The position numbers were made by a program, and so were the translations under genes. A DNA stretch of 64,000 nucleotides, taken from Eledone cirrhosa (Eukaryota). Where the stretch lies: contig OZ024740.1 of assembly GCA_964016885.1 (NCBI GenBank), positions 19,654,001 to 19,718,000 of the forward strand. Direction: 5' to 3'. The notes below the pieces were generated by a model that was not told the origin of the DNA, searched no databases, and saw only the letters and a program-made list of their open reading frames with translations. Below are positions 1-14,950 of this stretch, one piece after another (the first letter of the stretch is position 1; each line of letters begins with the position of its first letter).

Positions 1-1119
1 CTAACAATTGATGCAGTGTCTCGACAGCTAACAACTGATGCAGTGTCTCGACAGCTAACAATAGATGCAGTGTCCTTCCGACAGCTAACAACTGATGCAG
101 TGTCCTCTCGACAGCTAACAACTGATGCAGTGTCCCGACAGCTAACAACTGATGCAGTGTCCTCTCGACAGCTAACAACCGATGCAGTGTCCTCTCGACA
201 GCTAACAACTGATGCAGTGTCCCGACAGCTAACAACTGATGCAGTGTCCTCTCGACAGATAACAACTGATGCAGTGTCCCGACAGCTAACAACTGATGCA
301 GTGTCCCGACAGCTAACAACTGATGCAGTGTCTCGACAGCTAAGAAATGATGCAGTGATTCGACAGCTAACAAATGATGGAGTGTCTCGACAGCTAACAA
401 CTGATGCAGTGTCTCGACAGCTAACAACTGATGCAGTGTCCTTCCGACAGCTAACAACTGATGAAGTGTCCTCTCGACAGGTAACAACTGATGCAGTGAT
501 TCGACATCTAACAAGTGATGCAGTGTCCTCTCGACAGCTAACAACTGATGCAGTGTCCTCAGGACAGCTAACGACTAAAGCAATGATTCGACATCTAACA
601 ACTGATACAGTGTCCTCTCGACAGCTAACAACTGATGCAGTACTCAGACAGCTAACAACTGATGCAGTGTCCTCTCGACAGCTAACAACTGATGCTGTGT
701 CCCAACAGCTAACAACTGATGCAGTGTCCTCTCGACAGCTAACAACTGATGCAGTGATTCGACATCTAACAACTGATGCAGTGTCCTCTCGACAGCTAAC
801 AACTGATGCAGTGTCCCGACAGCTAACAACTGATGCAGTGTCCTCTCGACAGCTAACAACTGATGCAGTGTCCTCTCGACAGCTAACAACTGATGCAGTG
901 TCCCGACAGCTAACAACTGATGCAGTGTCTCGACATCTAACAACTGATGAAGTGTCCCGACAGATAACAACTGATACAGTGTCCCGACAGCTAACAACTG
1001 ATGCAGTGTCCTCTCGAGAGCTAACAACTGATGCAGTGTCCTCTCGACAGCTAACAATTGATGCAGTGTCTCGACAGCTAACAATAGATGCAGTGTCCTT
1101 CCGACAGCTAACAACTGAT

Positions 1120-4100
1120 GCAGTGTCCTCTCGACAGCTAACAACCGATGCAGTGTCCTCTCGACAGCTAACAACTGATGCAGTGTCCCGACAGCTAACA
1201 ACTGATGCAGTGTCCTCTCGACAGATAACAACTGATGCAGTGTCCCGACAGCTAACAACTGATGCAGTGTCCCGACAGCTAACAACTGATGCAGTGTCTC
1301 GACAGCTAAGAAATGATGCAGTGATTCGACAGCTAACAACTGATGGAGTGTCTCGACAGCTAACAACTGATGCAGTGTCTCGACAGCTAACAACTGATGC
1401 AGTGTCCTTCCGACAGCTAACAACTGATGCAGTGTCCTCTCGACAGGTAACAACTGATGCAGTGATTCGACATCTAACAAGTGATGCAGTGTCCTCTCGA
1501 CAGCTAACAACTGATGCTGTGATTCGACAGCTAACAACTGATGCAGTGTCCTCAGGACAGCTAACAACTAAAGCAGTGATTCGACATCTAACAACTGATA
1601 CAGTGTCCTCCCGACAGCTAACAACTGATGCAGTGCTCAGACAGCTAACAACTGATGCAGTGTCCTCGCGACAGCTAACAACTGATGCAGTGTCCCGACA
1701 GCTAAAAACTGATGCAGTGTCTCGACAGCTAACAACTGATGCAGTGTCCTCTCGACAGCTAACAAAATATGCAGTTTCCTCTCGACAGCTAACACCTGAT
1801 GCAGTGTCCTTTCGACAACTAACAACTGATGCAGTGTCCTCTTGACAGCTAACAAAATATGCAGTTTCTTCTCGACAGCTAACAACTGATGCAGTGTCCT
1901 CCCGACAGATAACAACTGATGCAGTGTCCTCTCGACAGCTAACAACTGATGCAGTGTTCCGACAGCTAACAACTGATGCAGTGTCCCCTCGACAGCTAAC
2001 AACTCATACAGTGTCCTCTCGACAGCTAACAACTGATGCAGTGCTCAGACAGCTAACAACTGATGCAGTGTCCTCGCGACAGCTAACAACTGATGCAGTG
2101 TCCCGACAGCTAAAAACTGATGCAGTGTCTCGACAGCTAACAACTGATGCAGTGTCCTCTCGACAGCTAACAAAATATGCAGTTTCCTCTCGACAGCTAA
2201 CACCTGATGCAGTGTCCTTTCGACAGCTAACAACTGATGCAGTGTCCTCCCGACAGATAACAACTGATGCAGTGTCCTCTCGACAGCTAACAACTGATGC
2301 AGTGTTCCGACAGCTAACAACTGATGCAGTGTCCCCTCGACAGCTAACAACTGATGCAGTGTCCCAACAGCTAATAACTGATGCAGTGTCCCGACAGCTA
2401 ACAACTGATGCAGTGTCTCGACAGCTAACAACTGATGCAGTGTCCCGACAGCTAACAACTGATACAGTGTCCCGACAGCTAACAACTGATGCAGTGTCCT
2501 CTCGACAGCTAACAACTGATGCAGTGTCCTCTCGACAGCTAACAATTGATGCAGTGTCTCGACAGCTAACAACTGATGCAGTGTCTCGACAGCTAACAAT
2601 AGATGCAGTGTCCTTCCGACAGCTAACAACTGATGCAGTGTCCTCTCGACAGCTAACAACTGATGCAGTGTCCTCTCGACAGCTAACAATTGATGCAGTG
2701 TCTCGACAGCTAACAACTGATGCAGTGTCTCGACAGCTAACAATAGATGCAGTGTCCTTCCGACAGCTAACAACTGATGCAGTGTCCTCTCGACAGCTAA
2801 CAACTGATGCAGTGTCCCGACAGCTAACAACTGATGCAGTGTCCTCTCGACAGCTAACAACCGATGCAGTGTCCTCTCGACAGCTAACAACTGATGCAGT
2901 GTCCCGACAGCTAACAACTGATGCAGTGTCCTCTCGACAGATAACAACTGATGCAGTGTCCCGACAGCTAACAACTGATGCAGTGTCCCGACAGCTAACA
3001 ACTGATGCAGTGTCTCGACAGCTAAGAAATGATGCAGTGATTCGACAGCTAACAAATGATGGAGTGTCTCGACAGCTAACAACTGATGCAGTGTCTCGAC
3101 AGCTAACAACTGATGCAGTGTCCTCAGGACAGCTAACGACTAAAGCAGTGATTCGAAATCTAACAACTGATACAGTGTCCTCTCGACAGCTAACAACTGA
3201 TGCAGTACTCAGACAGCTAACAACTGATGCAGTGTCCTCTCGACAGCTAACAACTGATGCTGTGTCCCAACAGCTAACAACTGATGCAGTGTCCTCTCGA
3301 CAGCTAACAACTGATGCAGTGATTCGACATCTAACAACTGATGCAGTGTCCTCTCGACAGCTAACAACTGATGCAGTGTCCCGACAGCTAACAACTGATG
3401 CAGTGTCCTCTCGACAGCTAACAACTGATGCAGTGTCCTCTCGACAGCTAACAACTGATGCAGTGTCCCGACAGCTAACAACTGATGCAGTGTCTCGACA
3501 TCTAACAACTGATGCAGTGTCCCGACAGCTAACAACTGATACAGTGTCCCGACAGCTAACAACTGATGCAGTGTCCTCTCGACAGCTAACAACTGATGCA
3601 GTGTCCTCTCGACAGCTAACAATTGATGCAGTGTCTCGACAGCTAACAATAGATGCAGTGTCCTTCCGACAGCTAACAACTGATGCAGTGTCCTCTCGAC
3701 AGCTAACAACCGATGCAGTGTCCTCTCGACAGCTAACAACTGATGCAGTGTCCCGACAGCTAACAACTGATGCAGTGTCCTCACGACAGATAACAACTGA
3801 TGCAGTGTCCCGACAGCTAACAACTGATGCAGTGTCCCGACAGCTAACAACTGATGCAGTGTCTCGACAGCTAAGAAATGATGCAGTGATTCGACAGCTA
3901 ACAACTGATGGAGTGTCTCGACAGCTAACAACTGATGCAGTGTCTCGACAGCTAACAACTGATGCAGTGTCCTTCCGACAGCTAACAACTGATGCAGTGT
4001 CCTCTCGACAGGTAACAACTGATGTTAGTGATTCGACATCTAACAAGTGATGCAGTGTCCTCTCGACAGCTAACAACTGATGCTGTGATTCGACAGCTAA

Positions 4101-7100
4101 CAACTGATGCAGTGTCCTCAGGACAGCTAACAACTAAAGCAGTGATTCGACATCTAACAACTGATACAGTGTCCTCCCGACAGCTAACAACTGATGCAGT
4201 GCTCAGACAGCTAACAACTGATGCAGTGTCCTCGCGACAGCTAACAACTGATGCAGTGTCCCGACAGCTAAAAACTGATGCAGTGTCTCGACAGCTAAAA
4301 ACTGATGCAGTGTCCTCTCGACAGCTAACAAAATATGCAGTTTCCTCTCGACAGCTAACACCTGATGCAGTGTCCTTTCGACAACTAACAACTGATGCAG
4401 TGTCCTCTTGACAGCTAACAAAATATGCAGTTTCTTCTCGACAGCTAACAACTGATGCAGTGTCCTCCCGACAGATAACAACTGATGCAGTGTCCTCTCG
4501 ACAGCTAGCAACTGATGCAGTGTTCCGACAGCTAACAACTGATGCAGTGTCCCCTCGACAGCTAACAACTCATACAGTGTCCTCTCGACAGCTAACAACT
4601 GATGCAGTGCTCAGACAGCTGACAACTGATGCAGTGTCCTCGCGACAGCTAACAACTGATGCAGTGTCCCGACAGCTAAAAACTGATGCAGTGTCTCGAC
4701 AGCTAACAACTGATGCAGTGTCCTCTCGACAGCTAACAAAATATGCAGTTTCCTCTCGACAGCTAACACCTGATGCAGTGTCCTTTCGACAGCTAACAAC
4801 TGATGCAGTGTCCTCCCGACAGATAACAACTGATGCAGTGTCCTCTCGACAGCTAACAACTGATGCAGTGTTCCGACAGCTAACAACTGATGCAGTGTCC
4901 CCTCGACAGCTAACAACTGATGCAGTGTCCCAACAGCTAATAACTGATGCAGTGTCCCGACAGCTAACAACTGATGCAGTGTCTCGACAGCTAACAACTG
5001 TTGCAGTGTCCCGAAAGCTAACAACTGATGCAGTGTCTCGACAGCTAACAACTGATGCAGTGTCCCGAAAGCTAACAACTGATGCAGTGTCTCGACAGCT
5101 AACAACTGATGCAGTGTCCCGAAAGCTAACAACTGATGCAGTGTCTCGACAGCTAACAACTGCTGCAGTGTCCCGACATCTAACAACTGATGCAGTGTCC
5201 CGACAGCTAACAACTGATGCAGTGTCCTCTCGACAGCTAACAACTGATGCAGTGTCCCAACAGCTAACAACTGATGCAGTGTTCCGAAAGCTAACAACTG
5301 ATGCAGTGTCCCGAAAGCTAACAACTGATGCAGTGTCTAGACAGCTAACAACTGATGTTGTCTCTCAACAGCTAACAACTGATGCAGTGTCCTCTCGACA
5401 GCTAACAGCTGATTCAGTGTCCCGTCAGCTAACAACTGATGCAGTGTCCCGACAGCTAACAACTGATGCAGTGTCCTCTCGACAGCTAACAACTGATGCA
5501 GTGTCCCGACAGCTAACAACTGATGCAGTGCCTCGACAGCTAACAACTGCTGCAGTGTCCCGACAGCTAACAACTGATGCAGTGCCTCGACAGCTAACAA
5601 CTGCTGCAGTGTCCTCTCGAAAGCTAAAAACTGATGCAGTGTCCTCTAGACAGCTAACAAATTATGCAGTGTCCTGACAGCTAACATCTGATGCAGTGTC
5701 CTCTCGACAGCTAACAACTGATGCTGTGTCCCAACAGCTAACAACTGATGCAGTGTCCTCTCGACAGCTAACAACTAATGCAGTGATTCGACAGCTAAAA
5801 ACTGATGCAGTGTCTCGACAGCTAACAACTGATGCAGTGTCCTCTCGACAGCTAACAAAATATGCAGTTTCTTCTCGACAGCTAACAACTGATGCAGTGT
5901 CCTCCCGACAGATAACAACTGATGCAGTGTCCTCTCGACAGCTAACAACTGATGCAGTGTCCCAACAGCTCACAACTGATGCAGTGTCCCGACAGCTAAC
6001 AACTGATGCAGTGTCTCGACAGCTAACAACTGTTGCAGTGTCCCGAAAGCTAACAACTGATGCAGTGTCTCGACAGCTAACAACCGATGCAGTGTCCCGA
6101 AAGCTAACAACTGATGCAGTGTGTCGACAGCTAACAACTGATGTAGTGTCCCGAAAGCTAACAACTGATGCAGTGTCTCGACATCTAACAAGTGATGCAG
6201 TGTCCTCTCGACAGCTAACAAATGATGCAGTGATTCGACAGCTAACAACTGATGCAGTGTCCTCTCGACAGCTAACAACTGATGCAGTGTTCTTCCGACA
6301 GCTAACAACTGATGCAGTGTCCTCTCGACAGCTAAAAACTGATGCAGTGATTCGACATCTAACAACTGATGCAGTGTCCTCTCGACAGCTAACAACTGAT
6401 GCAGTGATTCGACAGCTAACAACTGATGCAGTGTCCTCTCGACAGCTAACAACTGATGCAGTGATTCGACATCTAACAACTGATACAGTGTCCTCTCGAC
6501 AGCTAACAACTGATGCAGTGTCCCGACAGCTAACAACTGATGCAGTGTCCTCTCGGCAGCTAACAACTGATGCAGTGTCCTCTCGACAGCTAACAACTGA
6601 TGCAGTGTCCCGACAGCTAACAACTGATGCAGTGTCTCGACATCTAACAACTGATGCAGTGTCCCGACAGCTAACAACTGATACAGTGTCCCGACAGCTA
6701 ACAACTGATGCAGTGTCCTCTCGACAGCTAACAACTGATGCAGTGTCCTCTCGACAGCTAACAATTGATGCAGTGTCTCGACAGCTAACAACTGATACAG
6801 TGTCTCGACAGCTAACAATAGATGCAGTGTCCTCTCGACAGCTAACAACCGATGCAGTGTCCTCTCGACAGCTAACAACTGATGCAGTGTCCCGACAGCT
6901 AACAACTGATGCAGTGTCCTCTCGACAGATAACAACTGATGCAGTGTCCCGTCAGCTAACAACTGATGCAGTGTCCCGACAGCTAACAACTGATGCAGTG
7001 TCTCGACAGCTAAGAAATGATGCAGTGATTCGACAGCTAACAACTGATGGAGTGTCTCGACAGCTAACAACTGATGCAGTGTCTCGACAGCTAACAACTG

Positions 7101-10100
7101 ATGCAGTGTCCTTCCGACAGCTAACAACTGATGCAGTGTCCTCTCGACAGGTAACAACTGATGCAGTGATTCGACATCTAACAAGTGATGCAGTGTCCTC
7201 TCGACAGCTAACAACTGATGCTGTGATTCGACAGCTAACAACTGATGCAGTGTCCTCAGGACAGCTAACAACTAAAGCAGTGATTCGACATCTAACAACT
7301 GATACAGTGTCCTCCCGACAGCTAACAACTGATGCAGTGCTCAGACAGCTAACAACTGATGCAGTGTCCTCGCGACAGCTAACAACTGATGCAGTGTCCC
7401 GACAGCTAAAAACTGATGCAGTGTCTCGACAGCTAACAACTGATGCAGTGTCCTCTCGACAGCTAACAAAATATGCAGTTTCCTCTCGACAGCTAACACC
7501 TGATGCAGTGTCCTTTCGACAACTAACAACTGATGCAGTGTCCTCTTGACAGCTAACAAAATATGCAGTTTCTTCTCGACAGCTAACAACTGATGCAGTG
7601 TCCTCCCGACAGATAACAACTGATGCAGTGTCCTCTCGACAGCTAACAACTGATGCAGTGTTCCGACAGCTAACAACTGATGCAGTGTCCCCTCGACAGC
7701 TAACAACTCATACAGTGTCCTCTCGACAGCTAACAACTGATGCAGTGCTCAGACAGCTAACAACTGATGCAGTGTCCTCGCGACAGCTAACAACTGATGC
7801 AGTGTCCCGACAGCTAAAAACTGATGCAGTGTCTCGACAGCTAACAACTGATGCAGTGTCCTCTCGACAGCTAACAAAATATGCAGTTTCCTCTCGACAG
7901 CTAACACCTGATGCAGTGTCCTTTCGACAGCTAACAACTGATGCAGTGTCCTCCCGACAGATAACAACTGATGCAGTGTCCTCTCGACAGCTAACAACTG
8001 ATGCAGTGTTCCGACAGCTAACAACTGATGCAGTGTCCCCTCGACAGCTAACAACTGATGCAGTGTCCCAACAGCTAATAACTGATGCAGTGTCCCGACA
8101 GCTAACAACTGATGCAGTGTCTCGACAGCTAACAACTGATGCAGTGTCCCGACAGCTAACAACTGATACAGTGTCCCGACAGCTAACAACTGATGCAGTG
8201 TCCTCTCGACAGCTAACAACTGATGCAGTGTCCTCTCGACAGCTAACAATTGATGCAGTGTCTCGACAGCTAACAACTGATGCAGTGTCTCGACAGCTAA
8301 CAATAGATGCAGTGTCCTTCCGACAGCTAACAACTGATGCAGTGTCCTCTCGACAGCTAACAACTGATGCAGTGTCCTCTCGACAGCTAACAATTGATGC
8401 AGTGTCTCGACAGCTAACAACTGATGCAGTGTCTCGACAGCTAACAATAGATGCAGTGTCCTTCCGACAGCTAACAACTGATGCAGTGTCCTCTCGACAG
8501 CTAACAACTGATGCAGTGTCCCGACAGCTAACAACTGATGCAGTGTCCTCTCGACAGCTAACAACCGATGCAGTGTCCTCTCGACAGCTAACAACTGATG
8601 CAGTGTCCCGACAGCTAACAACTGATGCAGTGTCCTCTCGACAGATAACAACTGATGCAGTGTCCCGACAGCTAACAACTGATGCAGTGTCCCGACAGCT
8701 AACAACTGATGCAGTGTCTCGACAGCTAAGAAATGATGCAGTGATTCGACAGCTAACAAATGATGGAGTGTCTCGACAGCTAACAACTGATGCAGTGTCT
8801 CGACAGCTAACAACTGATGCAGTGTCCTCAGGACAGCTAACGACTAAAGCAGTGATTCGAAATCTAACAACTGATACAGTGTCCTCTCGACAGCTAACAA
8901 CTGATGCAGTACTCAGACAGCTAACAACTGATGCAGTGTCCTCTCGACAGCTAACAACTGATGCTGTGTCCCAACAGCTAACAACTGATGCAGTGTCCTC
9001 TCGACAGCTAACAACTGATGCAGTGATTCGACATCTAACAACTGATGCAGTGTCCTCTCGACAGCTAACAACTGATGCAGTGTCCCGACAGCTAACAACT
9101 GATGCAGTGTCCTCTCGACAGCTAACAACTGATGCAGTGTCCTCTCGACAGCTAACAACTGATGCAGTGTCCCGACAGCTAACAACTGATGCAGTGTCTC
9201 GACATCTAACAACTGATGCAGTGTCCCGACAGCTAACAACTGATACAGTGTCCCGACAGCTAACAACTGATGCAGTGTCCTCTCGACAGCTAACAACTGA
9301 TGCAGTGTCCTCTCGACAGCTAACAATTGATGCAGTGTCTCGACAGCTAACAATAGATGCAGTGTCCTTCCGACAGCTAACAACTGATGCAGTGTCCTCT
9401 CGACAGCTAACAACCGATGCAGTGTCCTCTCGACAGCTAACAACTGATGCAGTGTCCCGACAGCTAACAACTGATGCAGTGTCCTCACGACAGATAACAA
9501 CTGATGCAGTGTCCCGACAGCTAACAACTGATGCAGTGTCCCGACAGCTAACAACTGATGCAGTGTCTCGACAGCTAAGAAATGATGCAGTGATTCGACA
9601 GCTAACAACTGATGGAGTGTCTCGACAGCTAACAACTGATGCAGTGTCTCGACAGCTAACAACTGATGCAGTGTCCTTCCGACAGCTAACAACTGATGCA
9701 GTGTCCTCTCGACAGGTAACAACTGATGTTAGTGATTCGACATCTAACAAGTGATGCAGTGTCCTCTCGACAGCTAACAACTGATGCTGTGATTCGACAG
9801 CTAACAACTGATGCAGTGTCCTCAGGACAGCTAACAACTAAAGCAGTGATTCGACATCTAACAACTGATACAGTGTCCTCCCGACAGCTAACAACTGATG
9901 CAGTGCTCAGACAGCTAACAACTGATGCAGTGTCCTCGCGACAGCTAACAACTGATGCAGTGTCCCGACAGCTAAAAACTGATGCAGTGTCTCGACAGCT
10001 AAAAACTGATGCAGTGTCCTCTCGACAGCTAACAAAATATGCAGTTTCCTCTCGACAGCTAACACCTGATGCAGTGTCCTTTCGACAACTAACAACTGAT

Positions 10101-12920
10101 GCAGTGTCCTCTTGACAGCTAACAAAATATGCAGTTTCTTCTCGACAGCTAACAACTGATGCAGTGTCCTCCCGACAGATAACAACTGATGCAGTGTCCT
10201 CTCGACAGCTAGCAACTGATGCAGTGTTCCGACAGCTAACAACTGATGCAGTGTCCCCTCGACAGCTAACAACTCATACAGTGTCCTCTCGACAGCTAAC
10301 AACTGATGCAGTGCTCAGACAGCTGACAACTGATGCAGTGTCCTCGCGACAGCTAACAACTGATGCAGTGTCCCGACAGCTAAAAACTGATGCAGTGTCT
10401 CGACAGCTAACAACTGATGCAGTGTCCTCTCGACAGCTAACAAAATATGCAGTTTCCTCTCGACAGCTAACACCTGATGCAGTGTCCTTTCGACAGCTAA
10501 CAACTGATGCAGTGTCCTCCCGACAGATAACAACTGATGCAGTGTCCTCTCGACAGCTAACAACTGATGCAGTGTTCCGACAGCTAACAACTGATGCAGT
10601 GTCCCCTCGACAGCTAACAACTGATGCAGTGTCCCAACAGCTAATAACTGATGCAGTGTCCCGACAGCTAACAACTGATGCAGTGTCTCGACAGCTAACA
10701 ACTGTTGCAGTGTCCCGAAAGCTAACAACTGATGCAGTGTCTCGACAGCTAACAACTGATGCAGTGTCCCGAAAGCTAACAACTGATGCAGTGTCTCGAC
10801 AGCTAACAACTGATGCAGTGTCCCGAAAGCTAACAACTGATGCAGTGTCTCGACAGCTAACAACTGCTGCAGTGTCCCGACATCTAACAACTGATGCAGT
10901 GTCCCGACAGCTAACAACTGATGCAGTGTCCTCTCGACAGCTAACAACTGATGCAGTGTCCCAACAGCTAACAACTGATGCAGTGTTCCGAAAGCTAACA
11001 ACTGATGCAGTGTCCCGAAAGCTAACAACTGATGCAGTGTCTAGACAGCTAACAACTGATGTTGTCTCTCAACAGCTAACAACTGATGCAGTGTCCTCTC
11101 GACAGCTAACAGCTGATTCAGTGTCCCGTCAGCTAACAACTGATGCAGTGTCCCGACAGCTAACAACTGATGCAGTGTCCTCTCGACAGCTAACAACTGA
11201 TGCAGTGTCCCGACAGCTAACAACTGATGCAGTGCCTCGACAGCTAACAACTGCTGCAGTGTCCCGACAGCTAACAACTGATGCAGTGCCTCGACAGCTA
11301 ACAACTGCTGCAGTGTCCTCTCGAAAGCTAAAAACTGATGCAGTGTCCTCTAGACAGCTAACAAATTATGCAGTGTCCTGACAGCTAACATCTGATGCAG
11401 TGTCCTCTCGACAGCTAACAACTGATGCTGTGTCCCAACAGCTAACAACTGATGCAGTGTCCTCTCGACAGCTAACAACTAATGCAGTGATTCGACAGCT
11501 AAAAACTGATGCAGTGTCTCGACAGCTAACAACTGATGCAGTGTCCTCTCGACAGCTAACAAAATATGCAGTTTCTTCTCGACAGCTAACAACTGATGCA
11601 GTGTCCTCCCGACAGATAACAACTGATGCAGTGTCCTCTCGACAGCTAACAACTGATGCAGTGTCCCAACAGCTCACAACTGATGCAGTGTCCCGACAGC
11701 TAACAACTGATGCAGTGTCTCGACAGCTAACAACTGTTGCAGTGTCCCGAAAGCTAACAACTGATGCAGTGTCTCGACAGCTAACAACCGATGCAGTGTC
11801 CCGAAAGCTAACAACTGATGCAGTGTGTCGACAGCTAACAACTGATGTAGTGTCCCGAAAGCTAACAACTGATGCAGTGTCTCGACATCTAACAAGTGAT
11901 GCAGTGTCCTCTCGACAGCTAACAAATGATGCAGTGATTCGACAGCTAACAACTGATGCAGTGTCCTCTCGACAGCTAACAACTGATGCAGTGTTCTTCC
12001 GACAGCTAACAACTGATGCAGTGTCCTCTCGACAGCTAAAAACTGATGCAGTGATTCGACATCTAACAACTGATGCAGTGTCCTCTCGACAGCTAACAAC
12101 TGATGCAGTGATTCGACAGCTAACAACTGATGCAGTGTCCTCTCGACAGCTAACAACTGATGCAGTGATTCGACATCTAACAACTGATACAGTGTCCTCT
12201 CGACAGCTAACAACTGATGCAGTGTCCCGACAGCTAACAACTGATGCAGTGTCCTCTCGGCAGCTAACAACTGATGCAGTGTCCTCTCGACAGCTAACAA
12301 CTGATGCAGTGTCCCGACAGCTAACAACTGATGCAGTGTCTCGACATCTAACAACTGATGCAGTGTCCCGACAGCTAACAACTGATACAGTGTCCCGACA
12401 GCTAACAACTGATGCAGTGTCCTCTCGACAGCTAACAACTGATGCAGTGTCCTCTCGACAGCTAACAATTGATGCAGTGTCTCGACAGCTAACAACTGAT
12501 ACAGTGTCTCGACAGCTAACAATAGATGCAGTGTCCTCTCGACAGCTAACAACCGATGCAGTGTCCTCTCGACAGCTAACAACTGATGCAGTGTCCCGAC
12601 AGCTAACAACTGATGCAGTGTCCTCTCGACAGATAACAACTGATGCAGTGTCCCGTCAGCTAACAACTGATGCAGTGTCCCGACAGCTAACAACTGATGC
12701 AGTGTCTCGACAGCTAAGAAATGATGCAGTGATTCGACAGCTAACAACTGATGGAGTGTCTCGACAGCTAACAACTGATGCAGTGTCTCGACAGCTAACA
12801 ACTGATGCAGTGTCCTTCCGACAGCTAACAACTGATGCAGTGTCCTCTCGACAGGTAACAACTGATGCAGTGATTCGACATCTAACAAGTGATGCAGTGT
12901 CCTCTCGACAGCTAACAACT
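1120..12920 (+). repeat. Higher-order tandem duplication, period 5,704 bp (~2 copies)
   Basis: Matching ORFs recur at offset 5704 (1894/7598, 4022/9726, 4460/10164, 5696/11400). Marker variants also match: ACC at 1144/6848 and the +1 TT unit at 4025/9729. Confidence 0.93.
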
Positions 12921-14599
12921 GATGCAGTGATTCGACAGCTAACAACTGATGCAGTGTCCTCAGGACAGCTAACAACTAAAGCAGTGATTCGACATCTAAC
13001 AACTGATACAGTGTCCTCTCGACAGCTAACAACTGATGCAGTGCTCAGACAGCTAACAACTGATGCAGTGTCCTCGCGACAGCTAACAACCGATGCAGTG
13101 TCCCGACAGCTAAAAACTGATGCAGTGTCTCGACAGCTAACAACTGATGCAGTGTCCTCTCGACAGCTAACAAAATATGCAGTTTCCTCTCGACAGCTAA
13201 CAACTGATGCAGTGTCCTTTCGACAACTAACAACTGATGCAGTGCCTCGACAGCTAACAAAATATGCAGTTTCTTCTCGACAGCTAACAACTGATGCAGT
13301 GTCCTCCCGACAGATAACAACTGATGCAGTGTCCTTTCGACAGCTAACAACTGATGCAGTGTCCTCCCGACAGATAACAACTGATGCAGTGTCCTCTCGA
13401 CAGCTAACAACTGATGCAGTGTTCCGACAGCTAACAACTGATGCAGTGTCCTCTCGACAGCTAACAACTGATGCAGTGTCCTCCCGACAGATAACAACTG
13501 ATGCAGTGTCCTCTCGACAGCTAACAACTGATGCAGTGTTCCGACAGCTAACAACTGATGCAGTGTCCTCTCGACAGCTAACAACTGATGCAGTGTTCCG
13601 ACAGCTAACAACTGATACAGTGTCCTCTCGACAGCTAACAACTGATGCAGTGTTCCGACAGCTAACAACTGATGCAGTGTCTCGACATCTAACAACTGAT
13701 GCAGTGTCCTCTCGACAGCTAACAACTCATACAGTGTCCTCTCGACAGCTAACAACTGATGCAGTGTTCCGACAGCTAACAACTGATGCAGTGTCCTCTC
13801 GACAGCTAACAACTGATGCAGTGTTCCGACAGCTAACAACTGATGCAGTGTCCCCTCGACAGCTAACAACTGATGCAGTGTCCCCTCGACAGCTAACAAC
13901 TGATGCAGTGTTCCGACAGCTAACAACTGATGCAGTGTCCTCTCGACAGCTAACAACTGATGCAGTGTCCCCTCGACAGCTAACAACTGATGCAGTGTCC
14001 CCTCGACAGATAACAACTGATGCAGTGTCCCCTCGACAGCTAACAACTGATGCAGTGTCCCCTCGACAGCTAACAACTGATGCAGTGTTCCGACAGCTAA
14101 CAACTGATGCAGTGTCCTCTCGACAGCTAACAACTGATGCAGTGTCCCCTCGACAGCTAACAACTGATGCAGTGTCCCCTCGACAGCTAACAACTGATGC
14201 AGTGTCCCGACATCTAACAACTGATGCAGTGTCCCGACAGCTAACAACTGATGCAGTGTCCTCTCGACAGCTAACAACTGATGCAGTGTCCCGACAGCTA
14301 ACAACTGATGCAGTGTCCTCTCGACAGCTAACAACTGATGCAGTGTCCCAACAGCTAACAACTGATGCAGTGTCCTCTCGACAGCTAACAACTGATGCAG
14401 TGTCCCGACAGCTAACAACTGATGCAGTGTCCTCTTGACAGCTAACAACTGATGCAGTGTCCTCTCGACAGCTAACAACTGATGCAGTGTCCCGATAGCT
14501 AACAACTGATGCAGTTTCACGACAGCTAACAACTGATGCAGTGCTCAGACAGCTAACAACTGATGCAGTGTCTCGACAGCTAACAACTGATGCAGTGTC

Positions 14600-14950
14600 C
14601 TCTCGACAGCTAACAACTGATGTAGTGTCCTCTCGACAGCTAACAACTGATGAAGTGTCCTCTCGACAGCTAACAACTGATGCAATGTCCTCTATACAGC
14701 TAACAACTTATGCAGTGTCCTCTCGACAGCTAACAACTGATGTAGTGTCCTCTCGACAGCTAACAACTGATGAAGTGTCCTCTCGACAGCTAACAACTGA
14801 TGCAATGTCCTCTATACAGCTAACAACTTATGCAGTGTCCTCTCGACAGCTAACAACTGATGAAGTGTCCTCTCGGCAGCTAACAACTGATGCAATGTCC
14901 TCTATACAGCTAACAACTTATGCAGTGTCCTCTCGACAGCTAACAACTTA
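14600..14950 (+). repeat. Local 120-bp (4 x 30-mer) higher-order repeat; further copies at ~30965-31315 and ~61530-61880
   Basis: The ordered variants GTA, GAA, ATG..ATA, TAT repeat at a 120-bp interval (GTA at 14622 and 14742), followed by a third 90-bp copy. Confidence 0.9.
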
